Assembly: GCA_947646415.1 (NCBI GenBank)
Contig: CANSGN010000004.1
Location: 3,743 to 67,742, forward strand
Origin: an uncultured Clostridia bacterium
GTDB taxonomy: Bacteria > Bacillota > Clostridia > Christensenellales > UBA3700
Reading direction: 5' to 3'
DNA: 64,000 nt
Below, in pieces: positions 8,450 through 17,377 of the stretch. Made by a program: the position numbers and the translations under genes. Each line of letters opens with the position of its first letter. The stretch's first letter is position 1. A model generated the notes under the pieces. It was given only the letters and a program-made list of their open reading frames with translations. It ran no database searches and had not been told where the DNA came from.

Positions 8450-10798
8450 TTAATTCATTTTAGAATCTTTATTTATCTGCTCTCCGCCTAGACAATAAAT
8501 AACATACGCGCCTGTTGAACTATCCCAATCATACTCTCTGCTGATTTCCAACCATTCGGATTTTGTACCAACAAACTCAATACGTGTAAGACTTGTACAA
8601 TTTGCAAATGCACCCATCGATATACGAGTAACGCTGTTGTATATTTTGATAGACTTTAAGTTTGTGCATCCGTTAAATGCATCTGTGCCTATTTCTACCA
8701 CACCGTTTGTAAGTTCCATACTTTCCAAACTAGAGCATCCATAAAATAATCTTTCTCCAATAACGGATATGGAATTTGGCAAAGTAGCCGTTCTTAAACT
8801 CAAGCACCCTGCAAACACGCCGTTACCTAATTCAACAATGCTGTTAGGCAATTTTAACACACCAGCACCCGATTGAATGTCACTGCTTGACAAAACAATA
8901 CTAGTAATTTTGCTGCAGCCTGCAAATGCTCTGTCGCCAATACTTATTACACTATTTTCAGGAATTATTATATTTTCAAGGTTTTCGCAGTTATTAAAAG
9001 CATAGCTGTTGATAATTTTTGTTTTTTCATTAATTTGTATATCGGTCAAACCAACTTGTTTAGCTTTTACAAAAACCAAATATTGGTTATTGTTGTTACC
9101 TAAATACAAACCATTATCAAAAATATTATAATTCAAATTATCACAACCAAAAAATGCGTTCAAACCAATCTTGCTTATACTATTTGGCAAAGTAATGTTT
9201 GTCAAACTCTTGCAGTTGTAAAAAGCGTTTGCAGGGATTTCATTGCCGTTAGTAACAGTCACATTTTCAAGCATATACTTAGGCAAAACCTCTATTACAT
9301 TGGCACTAACAGTAGCATCGGTAATAGGACAGTTATTAAATACTCCACTTCCAATACAAGTCAAGTTGTTTGATAAATTAACATAACTAACATTTATACA
9401 ATCTTCAAACGCACATTGTCCCAATGTTGTTACTGTGTTAGGAAGTTCTACTTTTGTAAGCAACTTGCAACCTGAAAAAGCAAAATCGCCTATACTATTT
9501 AATCCGTCATTAAACTTTATGTCGGTTAAATATTCACAGCCGTTAAAAGCATTCATACCAATAATTCTTATAGTTTTTGACAAAATAACTGTTTCAAGAA
9601 AATTACTGCCACTAAAAGCAAAATCTTCAATTTCCGTACCGCCGGTTATTTCCACCTGAACCAAATTTGCTTTATCTACATAGGATATTGCGGTAGCAGG
9701 CATTTTTACTTCACTTATAGGACAATTTTCAAAAGCATCATTGCCTATCGTTGTTACACCATTTGATATTTCCAAATTGGAAAGTTCCACACAATTATAA
9801 AAAGCTTCGGCACCGATTGTAGTAATGCTGTTAGGCAATATCAAATTGTTAAGTTTGCTACAACTTGTAAAAGCGTTGTTATTAATTTGAATTACGCTAT
9901 CGGGAATTGTTATATTTACAAGTTCCACACAATCGGAAAAAGCTCTTTCCCCTATAGTCCTTACACTATCCGGCAAATTGATTTGCTTTAAGCTTGAGCA
10001 ATATCTAAATGCCCTGTTAGCAATTTCCACAACACTGTTAGGCAACGATATATTAGTTAATTTGTCACAACCGTAAAACGCATACGGACTTATTATTGAC
10101 CCGCCCAATATTTTAACATCTGTCAATGCGGGCGAAATATCTTGCGCATTTTGAGAATAGTTGCTTGCTCCAAAAATATAGCCGAAATGAGAATTTGCAT
10201 CTGTACCGTTAGCCGCGAAATTTTTATTTGCTCCTACAAAAGGTATTACCATTTTTGATATTTTATTACAGTTTTCAAAAACACCGTATCCGATTTTTTC
10301 CACTTTATCGGAAATAGTCACATTTTCCAAGTTTGTACAACCGCGAAAAGCATAGTCATCTATATATTTAACACTATCGCTAACCGTTACGCTTTTTACA
10401 AAATCACAATTTTTAAAGGCTTCACGCTCAACACCTATTACGGGAGTACTGTTGTGTATGCTAGGAATTATTACCTCACTTACAGTCTTGTTTAAACCGG
10501 TCACTATATATGCCTTTTCGTCACTGTCATAAGTGTAGTCAAATTCGTTTTTCATATATTTACATATACTGCAAACATCATTACCATCCAAAAATTTATG
10601 CGCCTCTGCTTCCTCTACTTTATCGCAAATATCGCAAGCCAACCAATGTTTTGAACTATCCTTTGAATAACTCATGGAACAAATGTGTTCAGGCTCTTTT
10701 GTAATACATGCAGACAAGGAAATTAAAGATAAAACTACTAATATACTGCAAGCCAATACTATTGCAATATTAAAAAGTAACATCTTTGATTTTTTCAT
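8450..10798 (-). CDS. BspA-like leucine-rich-repeat surface lipoprotein
   Basis: 782 aa. Signal peptide ending in lipobox LSAC, then a Cys-rich stretch (CxxC pairs), then more than 20 tandem ~23-aa LRR units of the BspA/LRR_5 type (IPxSVxxIGxxAFxxCxxL). Confidence 0.85.
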   Translation of the reverse strand: MKKSKMLLFNIAIVLACSILVVLSLISLSACITKEPEHICSMSYSKDSSKHWLACDICDKVEEAEAHKFLDGNDVCSICKYMKNEFDYTYDSDEKAYIVTGLNKTVSEVIIPSIHNSTPVIGVEREAFKNCDFVKSVTVSDSVKYIDDYAFRGCTNLENVTISDKVEKIGYGVFENCNKISKMVIPFVGANKNFAANGTDANSHFGYIFGASNYSQNAQDISPALTDVKILGGSIISPYAFYGCDKLTNISLPNSVVEIANRAFRYCSSLKQINLPDSVRTIGERAFSDCVELVNITIPDSVIQINNNAFTSCSKLNNLILPNSITTIGAEAFYNCVELSNLEISNGVTTIGNDAFENCPISEVKMPATAISYVDKANLVQVEITGGTEIEDFAFSGSNFLETVILSKTIRIIGMNAFNGCEYLTDIKFNDGLNSIGDFAFSGCKLLTKVELPNTVTTLGQCAFEDCINVSYVNLSNNLTCIGSGVFNNCPITDATVSANVIEVLPKYMLENVTVTNGNEIPANAFYNCKSLTNITLPNSISKIGLNAFFGCDNLNYNIFDNGLYLGNNNNQYLVFVKAKQVGLTDIQINEKTKIINSYAFNNCENLENIIIPENSVISIGDRAFAGCSKITSIVLSSSDIQSGAGVLKLPNSIVELGNGVFAGCLSLRTATLPNSISVIGERLFYGCSSLESMELTNGVVEIGTDAFNGCTNLKSIKIYNSVTRISMGAFANCTSLTRIEFVGTKSEWLEISREYDWDSSTGAYVIYCLGGEQINKDSKMN

Positions 10799-10932
10799 TG
10801 CGTCCCGCCCCTCTTCTATTATATTAAAAAATTGTGTTTTTGTTATATTTTCTTTAGCTTTTGTGTAATTTTTTTAAAGTATTTTAAGATAAAAAATTTA
10901 AAAAAATACTTAAAAATAAAATTAATATTATA

Positions 10933-10961
10933 ATTATACAAAATACCTACACATTTGTCAA
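10933..10961 (-). promoter_or_regulatory. Consensus sigma-A promoter for the LRR lipoprotein gene, abutting palindrome S1
   Basis: Minus strand reads TTGACA (10961..10956), a 17-nt spacer, then TATAAT (10938..10933). Confidence 0.5.
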
Positions 10962-10969
10962 CCAAAAAA

Positions 10970-10999
10970 GTGTCAGAAATGGTATACTTTTTCTGACAC
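10970..10999. repeat. Palindrome S1 (candidate serine-recombinase crossover/binding site)
   Basis: GTGTCAGAAATGGTATACTTTTTCTGACAC. One of 4 copies in the window. On the minus strand it is followed by TTTTTT. Confidence 0.7.
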
Positions 11000-11105
11000 A
11001 AAAATACATTGGAAAAAATTGTCTTAAATTGTATAATTATGTTATTTGCATAAAATTTATACACAAATTTATAACTAACAATAATAAAAGTGTGCAAAAA
11101 GCTAA

Positions 11106-11135
11106 GTGTCAGAAAAAGTATACATTTCCTGACAC
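11106..11135. repeat. Palindrome S2 (candidate serine-recombinase crossover/binding site)
   Basis: GTGTCAGAAAAAGTATACATTTCCTGACAC, 136 bp from S1. On the plus strand it is followed by TTTTT. Confidence 0.7.
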
Positions 11136-11280
11136 TTTTTACACTTGTTGTAAAATACAAAATAAATGTTTTGCAATTTTCGGATAAAATGCTAAAATAT
11201 AAAATATGTGTCGTTAAATTTGAGAAAACTCAAATTTAAAAAAAGCTATCGCTTTTTCTTGATAAATCAAGCCGACATAG

Positions 11281-11349
11281 TTTGAATTAACAATCGCCGA
11301 TGTCAAATGCCACTTCGTGTCGCTTGACTACTGCTTCCGATATTATAAA
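11281..11349 (+). repeat. 69-bp direct repeat copy A upstream of the recombinase gene
   Basis: TTTGAATTAACAATCGCCGATGTCAAATGCCACTTCGTGTCGCTTGACTACTGCTTCCGATATTATAAA. About 84 percent identical to copy B by my count. Contains TGTCAA..17 nt..TTGACT. Confidence 0.6.
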
Positions 11350-11428
11350 CTATAGAAGGTAAATTTTAATTAGCATTAAAATTTTATATTGCTGTCGCAA
11401 TATAGCTTGTTATCACAAGTACTTCTAA

Positions 11429-11497
11429 TTTGAATTAACAATCGCTGATGTCAAATATCCCTATGGGCTGCTTGACTACAGCTTCCGATAATATAAA
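11429..11497 (+). repeat. 69-bp direct repeat copy B immediately upstream of the recombinase RBS
   Basis: TTTGAATTAACAATCGCTGATGTCAAATATCCCTATGGGCTGCTTGACTACAGCTTCCGATAATATAAA, 148 bp downstream of copy A. TTGACT-16nt-TAAAAT is a promoter-like arrangement. Confidence 0.6.
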
Positions 11498-11521
11498 ATA
11501 TGTACAATTAGGAGAAAAAAT

Positions 11522-12133
11522 ATGAAGATTTATGCTTATGCAAGAGTATCAACCAGCGACCAAAATCTTTCAAGACAATTAGATGCTTTTAAAAAATTCG
11601 GTGTACGCAAAACCAATATTTACACCGATAAAAAAAGCGGAAAAGATTTTGAAAGAATCAACTATAAAAAACTTATAGATAAGCTTAGTAAAGGCGATTT
11701 ATTGGTTATAAAATCTATTGACCGATTAGGCAGAAATTACACTGCCATAATTGAGGAATGGCGAAATATTACACATATAATCGGCGCGGATATTTGCGTT
11801 TTGGATATGCCCTTACTTGACACACGTTCAAAATACGACTCGCTTACAAGAAAATTAATATCAGATATAGTACTGCAAGTTTTGTCTTTTGTTGCGGAAA
11901 ACGAACGCGTAAACATAAGAGAGAGACAAAAAGAAGGTATTGCTGCAGCTATGAGACGAGGCGTACAATTCGGAAGACCGCGAAGGCTTTACGACGACGA
12001 TTTTATTAATACCATACAAAAATTCAAAAATAACGAAATAACTACTCATCAAGCGGCCACTCATCTTTCGGTAAACAGAACAAGTCTTTATTTTCATTTA
12101 GATAATTTAACAAAATTAGGTTTTATTTATTAA
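11522..12133 (+). CDS. Small serine recombinase (resolvase/invertase family)
   Basis: 203 aa. Catalytic N-terminus MKIYAYARVSTSDQNLSRQ (Ser10), SIDRLGRN, E-helix ENERVNIRERQKEGIAAAMRRGVQFGRP, C-terminal HTH. RBS AGGAG. No adjacent transposase or phage genes. Confidence 0.9.
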   Translation: MKIYAYARVSTSDQNLSRQLDAFKKFGVRKTNIYTDKKSGKDFERINYKKLIDKLSKGDLLVIKSIDRLGRNYTAIIEEWRNITHIIGADICVLDMPLLDTRSKYDSLTRKLISDIVLQVLSFVAENERVNIRERQKEGIAAAMRRGVQFGRPRRLYDDDFINTIQKFKNNEITTHQAATHLSVNRTSLYFHLDNLTKLGFIY

Positions 12134-12279
12134 TTTTTTTATTTACCCTCGTAAAAACACAACAAAAATCGAGCTTAATTGCTTATAAATTTTTTTATTA
12201 AAATATAAAAGGCATTATGCTAATCCAACTGAACGGCAAAAAAACAACCCCACATATCAATGCGGAGTCATTATTTTAT

Positions 12280-13011
12280 TTATCTATCAGAGTATTTCAT
12301 AGGTGGTACTCTTTTATGCTCGGTGCGTGCGTGAGCAGATTTTATCTTTTCGGCGAACTCACTTTCGCCTGTTTTGATAAATTTGTCAATCTCACTGTAC
12401 GAAACACCCATCTCTTTTTCGTCAGTTTGCCCCTCGTACAATCCTGCACTAGGTTGTTTTTGAATAATTTCCTTAGGGCAATTTAGATATTCAAGCATCC
12501 CGTAAACATCTTCCACAAGCAAATCGTTTATAGGATTGAAATCGTAACCGCCATCACCCCATTTTGTAAAATAACCCATATACATTTCGCTTGCATTACC
12601 TGTTCCTGCAACCAAATAGCCTTTTGCCTGCCCGATTGCATATATTACGGACATCCTTAATCTTGGATTTATGTTGTTATATGCCATTGGCACATCATTG
12701 CCTGCAAACGGCTCAATTACTTTTTTAAGTTCTTGCTTTGCACGCGTTATATCCACCTCGATTGTAGGAATATCAAAAGCTTTTGCCACCAAATATGCGT
12801 GTTCCCTATCACTGCCGTAATTTTGTGAGGACTCGCACGGCATAATAACCGAAAGCACATTAGGGGTAGCTTTGCGGCATAAAATCTCTACCAAACTGCA
12901 ATCTTTACCGCCACTGTTGCCCAAAATAACACCTTTGCTACCTGTTTTTTGCAAAATATCTTTTATCCATTGAACTCTGTTTTCAACTTCTATTTTAAAA
13001 TCCATAATCAT
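12280..13011 (-). CDS. nadE: NH3-dependent NAD+ synthetase
   Basis: 243 aa with a PP-loop (GNSGGKDCSLV) and typical NadE length. Start overlaps the hprK stop (ATGA). Confidence 0.85.
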   Translation of the reverse strand: MIMDFKIEVENRVQWIKDILQKTGSKGVILGNSGGKDCSLVEILCRKATPNVLSVIMPCESSQNYGSDREHAYLVAKAFDIPTIEVDITRAKQELKKVIEPFAGNDVPMAYNNINPRLRMSVIYAIGQAKGYLVAGTGNASEMYMGYFTKWGDGGYDFNPINDLLVEDVYGMLEYLNCPKEIIQKQPSAGLYEGQTDEKEMGVSYSEIDKFIKTGESEFAEKIKSAHARTEHKRVPPMKYSDR

Positions 13012-13949
13012 TCATCCTTTCCAAAATCTATATTTGCAAGTAATTGGTCAACCGCATTATAACCCAACTTTTTCAAACGCTCGTTTCTTGCTGCAACCTC
13101 TACGACTATTGCAAGGTTACGTCCCGGCATTACAGGCATTGTAAGTTTTGGTATTTCCAAACCCAATATATATTCAAATTGACTGCTTACGCCAAGTCTG
13201 TCATATTCTATATTTTCGCCCCAAGCTTGCAATTCAATAACCAAATCTATTCTCTTTTCTCTTAAAACAGAGCCTACACCAAACATACTGCGAACGTCTA
13301 TTATGCCTACACCTCGTATTTCCATATAGTGCATTATACTGTCGGGCGCAGTTCCGATAATTTCGTCCTGAATACGTTTTGCAATAACATTATCATCGGC
13401 AATCAACCTGTGTCCGCGGTGTATTAATTCCATAGCGGTTTCGCTTTTACCCATACCGCTATGACCTGTAATAAGCACGCCGATACCACTTACTTCAAGC
13501 AATACACCGTGAATTGTTTCAAAAGGTGCAAGTTTTCTGTTTAAGTAAGTGACCAAATCATTCACTAACTGCGATGTAAGTTTATTTGATTTAAATACAG
13601 GCACATCATATTTTTCCGAAATCTCTTTTAGTTCTTCAAACGGCTCAATGCTTTTTGACAAAATTACACAAGGTATTTTACGCTCAAATAAACTCTCTAG
13701 CTTTTTATACCTGTCCTCTTTTGTGCAAGAATGTAAATAATAATATTCCGCATTGCCCATAACTTGAATACGCTTTTCGCCAAAATAATCCTCAAATCCC
13801 GCAAGCAAAAGACCGGGACGATTAACGTTTATCGTTGTCAAAAACATTTCTCCCGATTTATTGCCTTGCACCAAATCCACACCGCAATCTTTTGCAAAAT
13901 TTTGAATACTGATTATTTCTCCTTGCCTTTCTTCCTTTTCTTCTATCAT
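13008..13949 (-). CDS. hprK: HPr kinase/phosphorylase
   Basis: 313 aa. Walker A GHSGMGKSETAMELI and the HprK/P signature region (MEIRGVGIIDV). Confidence 0.9.
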   Translation of the reverse strand: MIEEKEERQGEIISIQNFAKDCGVDLVQGNKSGEMFLTTINVNRPGLLLAGFEDYFGEKRIQVMGNAEYYYLHSCTKEDRYKKLESLFERKIPCVILSKSIEPFEELKEISEKYDVPVFKSNKLTSQLVNDLVTYLNRKLAPFETIHGVLLEVSGIGVLITGHSGMGKSETAMELIHRGHRLIADDNVIAKRIQDEIIGTAPDSIMHYMEIRGVGIIDVRSMFGVGSVLREKRIDLVIELQAWGENIEYDRLGVSSQFEYILGLEIPKLTMPVMPGRNLAIVVEVAARNERLKKLGYNAVDQLLANIDFGKDE

Positions 13950-14020
13950 ACTTCTCCTTATATGTTGCCATAAATGTCAACTGTACTTTCAAGCACTTAC
14001 TTTACTACACAAAAATGCGT

Positions 14021-14040
14021 TTAGTACCGATTTTCAAAAC
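14021..14040 (-). repeat. Dispersed intergenic motif, copy a
   Basis: Plus strand TTAGTACCGATTTTCAAAAC, the reverse complement of consensus CCTTTGAAAATCGGTACTAA. Lies 2 nt past the stop of 14043..14861. Confidence 0.5.
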
Positions 14041-14042
14041 AT

Positions 14043-14861
14043 TTAATGCAATAATAGTTCTTTTATTACTTTTGCAACGCCATTATTGTTATTGGTATCG
14101 CAAACATAATCCGCAACCTTTTTAGTCTCCTCCATGGCATTACCCATTGCTACACCAAGCCCTGCAAACTGTATCATACTGTTATCATTTTCTGCATCTC
14201 CAATAGCACAAATTTGCTCTCTTGGAATATTGTATTTTTCCGCAATAAATTTAACTGCATTGCCCTTGCTGGCTTTGATGTTAACACACTCTAACAAACC
14301 TTTGCTTGATTGGTTTATGTTAAGTTTATCGCCAAACTTATTTTGTAAATCTTGTATTACTTCACGTATATAGTTATTATCCGTCAAACTCAAAATTTTT
14401 CTTGCATTAAGATTGTTGGCTATTACATAATCGTCAAGTTTTTCATGTACGCAAACAAGCGGAACTTTTACAATACTTGCAAAATATTTATTAAACTCGT
14501 TTTCCTCCTCAACTATGCACTTATCGTCATAAAATAGCATAGGCGAAGTAATTTCCGAATATTTTTTATACAAATAACCATACACGCTTGCAGCCAAATC
14601 CCTATCGACTTCCTGCGAATAAATAAGCTCATCCGTTTTCAAATCGTAAACTCCGCTACCTTGGTATGTAATTATTTCGTCAGTAAGTTTGAATAATTCA
14701 GCAAAAGGCTTAACCGCTTGATAAAGCCTGCCTGTTGCAATAACAAACTTGCCTCCTTGCGCTTTAAAAAGTTCAACCGCCTCTACAGTTTCGTCGGTTA
14801 CTTTAAAATCGTCCGTATAAAGTGTGCCGTCAAAATCACACACTAACAATTTGTATTTCAT
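14043..14861 (-). CDS. Cof-type HAD-IIB family hydrolase (sugar phosphatase-like)
   Basis: Start moved to MKYKLLVCDFDGTL (ATG 14861, AGGAG 7 nt upstream). HAD motifs DFDGT and GDAENDNSM. Confidence 0.8.
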   Translation of the reverse strand: MKYKLLVCDFDGTLYTDDFKVTDETVEAVELFKAQGGKFVIATGRLYQAVKPFAELFKLTDEIITYQGSGVYDLKTDELIYSQEVDRDLAASVYGYLYKKYSEITSPMLFYDDKCIVEEENEFNKYFASIVKVPLVCVHEKLDDYVIANNLNARKILSLTDNNYIREVIQDLQNKFGDKLNINQSSKGLLECVNIKASKGNAVKFIAEKYNIPREQICAIGDAENDNSMIQFAGLGVAMGNAMEETKKVADYVCDTNNNNGVAKVIKELLLH

Positions 14862-14925
14862 ATTTACTCCTATAGTGATAAACAAAATATATAATACTTT
14901 ATTTATTTTAGCATTTTATGCAACT

Positions 14926-16755
14926 TTAGTCAATTACAGTATGATAGAATTGATAAATATTTGTTGCGACTTTATCGCTTATACCTTTAACTTCCGCAAG
15001 TTCTTCCCTACTTGCATTTTTTATTGCGGATAAAGTTTTAAAAGTTGCAAACAATTTTTTAACTGTAGAGTCTCCAACTCCCTCAATTTGCAGCAACTCG
15101 CTTTTAGTCTGCCTTTTACCGCGTAAATTGCGATGATAAGTAATTGCAAATCTATGAGCTTCGTCTCTTATCCTTTGCAACAACCGAAGTGCTTGGCTAT
15201 CTTTTGATAAAACCAACGGCTCGGAAATATGCGGCAAATATATTTCTTCCTCTCGCTCTGCCAAGCTTATAATATTAAAATGAACATTACTCTCTTCCAT
15301 TGCTTGCAGTGCGTACTTTAACTGACCTTTACCGCCGTCGACAACTATCAAATCGGGGGTGGAGGAAAAGGACATATCATCGTCTTTCAAATGCGAAAAA
15401 CGTCTTATCAAAGTTTCTTTCATTGATGCAAAATCGTTACTGCCCTCAACAGTTTTTATCTTAAACTTTCTGTACATTTTGCCTGCTTTTTCGCCATTTT
15501 CAAACACTACCATGCTCGATACTTTATCCGTACCGCTTATGTTGGAAATATCATAACATTCAATCCTGTTTGGCGGTATTGGCAAATTAAGCGCTTGCTG
15601 TAATTGGCTTACCGCACCCAAAGTCATATTGTACACTCTTTCCTCTTGGTTTTTGCATTTTACAAGATAGTCTTTTGCATTGGCGTAAGCCATATCAACT
15701 AGTTGTTTGCGAACACCCATAATAGGCGTTGCCACAAACACTTTACTACCTTTCTTTTCACTTAAATATCTGCTTATCAACTCAAAATCTTCAAACTCTT
15801 CGTTTACAAGTATTTGACTGACCAAAAGGCTGTTTCCGTTATAATAACTATACACAAAATTTTCCAAAGATTGAGCACAATCCAAGCTCAAATCGTTTAT
15901 AAGCTGCTTATCTCCGCCTAAAAGTTTACCGCCTCTTACAAATAACATTGAAACTACGGTGTTAATGCCGTCGCTCGCCAATGCAAAAATATCCATATCC
16001 AAATCGTTTGGCAAAGCAGTTACTTGTTTTCTTACAAGCTTTTCCAACACTTTTAGTCTTTCGCGATAGTAAATAGCAAGTTCAAACTCCTCTTTTTCGC
16101 TTGCTTGTAACATTTTTTCCTTTATTATTCGCTCGATAGACTTGTCATTTCCTTGTAAAAATTTGATTACTTCCCCTATTATTTCCATATACTGTTCATG
16201 GCTTATTGCTCCAACGCAAGGTGCCAAGCATCTGCCTATATGGTTATTTAGGCAAGGTCTATGGCTTTTTGGTGGATTATCCATATTTATGTTACAAGTC
16301 CTTAGCTTAAAAGCAGAGTGAATAAGTTCCATTATTTCTTTTGCGGAAATACCTTGCATATATGGTCCGAAATATTTAGCACCATCCTTTGCAAGTTTTC
16401 GCACCACTTGAATTTTAGGGAACTTTTCATTCATATTTATCCTAATAAAAGGATAATTTTTATCATCTTTCAATAAGATATTGTAAGGCGGCTTGTGTTT
16501 TTTTATAAGATTGTTTTCCAAAACCAATGCTTCTATTTCGTTATGAGTAATAATATAATCAAATGTATAGATTTTGGAAACCATTATCAAAACTTTTGTG
16601 GTTTTATTTTTTGGAGAACCGAAATATTGGCGCACCCTATTTTTCAAAGAGCGAGCCTTTCCGATATACAAGATTTCCCCACTTTCCGACTTCATTATAT
16701 AAACGCCGGGATTTTCGGGCAAATCTTTCAATTTTTGTTCGATTATTTCGTTCAT
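14926..16755 (-). CDS. uvrC: Excinuclease ABC subunit C
   Basis: 609 aa with an N-terminal GIY-YIG domain (GVYIMKSESGEILYIGKA), a UvrBC-interaction region and C-terminal HhH motifs. Confidence 0.95.
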   Translation of the reverse strand: MNEIIEQKLKDLPENPGVYIMKSESGEILYIGKARSLKNRVRQYFGSPKNKTTKVLIMVSKIYTFDYIITHNEIEALVLENNLIKKHKPPYNILLKDDKNYPFIRINMNEKFPKIQVVRKLAKDGAKYFGPYMQGISAKEIMELIHSAFKLRTCNINMDNPPKSHRPCLNNHIGRCLAPCVGAISHEQYMEIIGEVIKFLQGNDKSIERIIKEKMLQASEKEEFELAIYYRERLKVLEKLVRKQVTALPNDLDMDIFALASDGINTVVSMLFVRGGKLLGGDKQLINDLSLDCAQSLENFVYSYYNGNSLLVSQILVNEEFEDFELISRYLSEKKGSKVFVATPIMGVRKQLVDMAYANAKDYLVKCKNQEERVYNMTLGAVSQLQQALNLPIPPNRIECYDISNISGTDKVSSMVVFENGEKAGKMYRKFKIKTVEGSNDFASMKETLIRRFSHLKDDDMSFSSTPDLIVVDGGKGQLKYALQAMEESNVHFNIISLAEREEEIYLPHISEPLVLSKDSQALRLLQRIRDEAHRFAITYHRNLRGKRQTKSELLQIEGVGDSTVKKLFATFKTLSAIKNASREELAEVKGISDKVATNIYQFYHTVID

Positions 16756-16856
16756 TTTGCACCAAAAAAAATTTAAAACACACTTAAATCGCTTTTAATA
16801 TGTATGTATTAGTTATAAATATTTTAGCACAATTTCCTTTGCGGTGTCAATAGTAT

Positions 16857-17219
16857 TTATCCTATCCGCCTTGTCTCATAGGATTTTTGATAGTTATCCA
16901 CACCTGTCACTATTACGTCATTTACAAACGGATTTGTTATATAATAAACAATCAATTTACCATCCCTTTTGCAACCTACGATTTTAGCATCACGCAAAAT
17001 CTTAAGCTGATGTGAAACAGTGCTTTGATTTAATTTTAAGGTATAACACAAATCACATACACACATTTTAGCTATAGATAAAGCAGATAATATCCTTATT
17101 CTTGTATTATCCCCGAAAACGGAATAAAAATCCGCAATCATATTGCTTGCTTCAAATGAAGGCATATATTTTCTTAAAAATTCTTCATCTGCTTTATTTA
17201 TGTTTACATACTCTTCCAT
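16857..17219 (-). CDS. ArsR/SmtB-family metalloregulatory transcriptional repressor
   Basis: 120 aa. Winged HTH with an alpha-3 metal motif of the ELCVCDL type (KMCVCDLCYTL) and recognition helix QSTVSHQLKILRDAKIV. Confidence 0.85.
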   Translation of the reverse strand: MEEYVNINKADEEFLRKYMPSFEASNMIADFYSVFGDNTRIRILSALSIAKMCVCDLCYTLKLNQSTVSHQLKILRDAKIVGCKRDGKLIVYYITNPFVNDVIVTGVDNYQKSYETRRIG

Positions 17220-17377
17220 TTAAACCTCCGATTACTTTATTAAATAAAACGAAATAAATTGGTGTTTTTTAAAATAATAACTAAAATATTTTAAAAAAAC
17301 TTTCCGTTTATTTGTAACAACTTCATAAAATGACGCATATTGTAGTAAAAGAAAGAAAACATATTTTCGGAGGTCTT

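Noticed and set aside
8450-10798. Regular ~69-bp periodicity in the DNA, considered as a possible CRISPR-like or tandem-repeat array
   Set aside because: The periodicity is the in-frame ~23-aa BspA-type leucine-rich repeat of a single long ORF. The repeats are diverged and there is no repeat-spacer structure. No CRISPR array is present anywhere in the window.
11000-11105. Claim that the two 106-bp cassettes (11000..11105 and 44433..44538) are homologous but in opposite orientation, which would be direct evidence of inversion
   Set aside because: By-eye alignments work about equally poorly in both orientations. Promoter-like hexamers align either way, and the shared 9-12-mers such as TTATACAATTTA are not collinear. 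In this AT-rich DNA such matches are expected by chance, so no orientation claim is made.
10843-11160. 105-aa ORF in the track covering the LRR-gene/recombinase intergenic region
   Set aside because: Extremely AT-rich, Phe/Lys/Ile/Asn-biased translation with no RBS. It runs across the S1 and S2 palindromes and the consensus promoter, so it is best read as non-coding regulatory DNA.
10970-12133. Interpreting the palindromes plus recombinase as a Tn3-family res/tnpR module or another mobile element
   Set aside because: There is no transposase, terminal inverted repeats, target duplications or cargo genes. The same site pair recurs 33 kb away in front of a chromosomal lipoprotein gene, which fits a host regulatory or recombination system better than a transposon.
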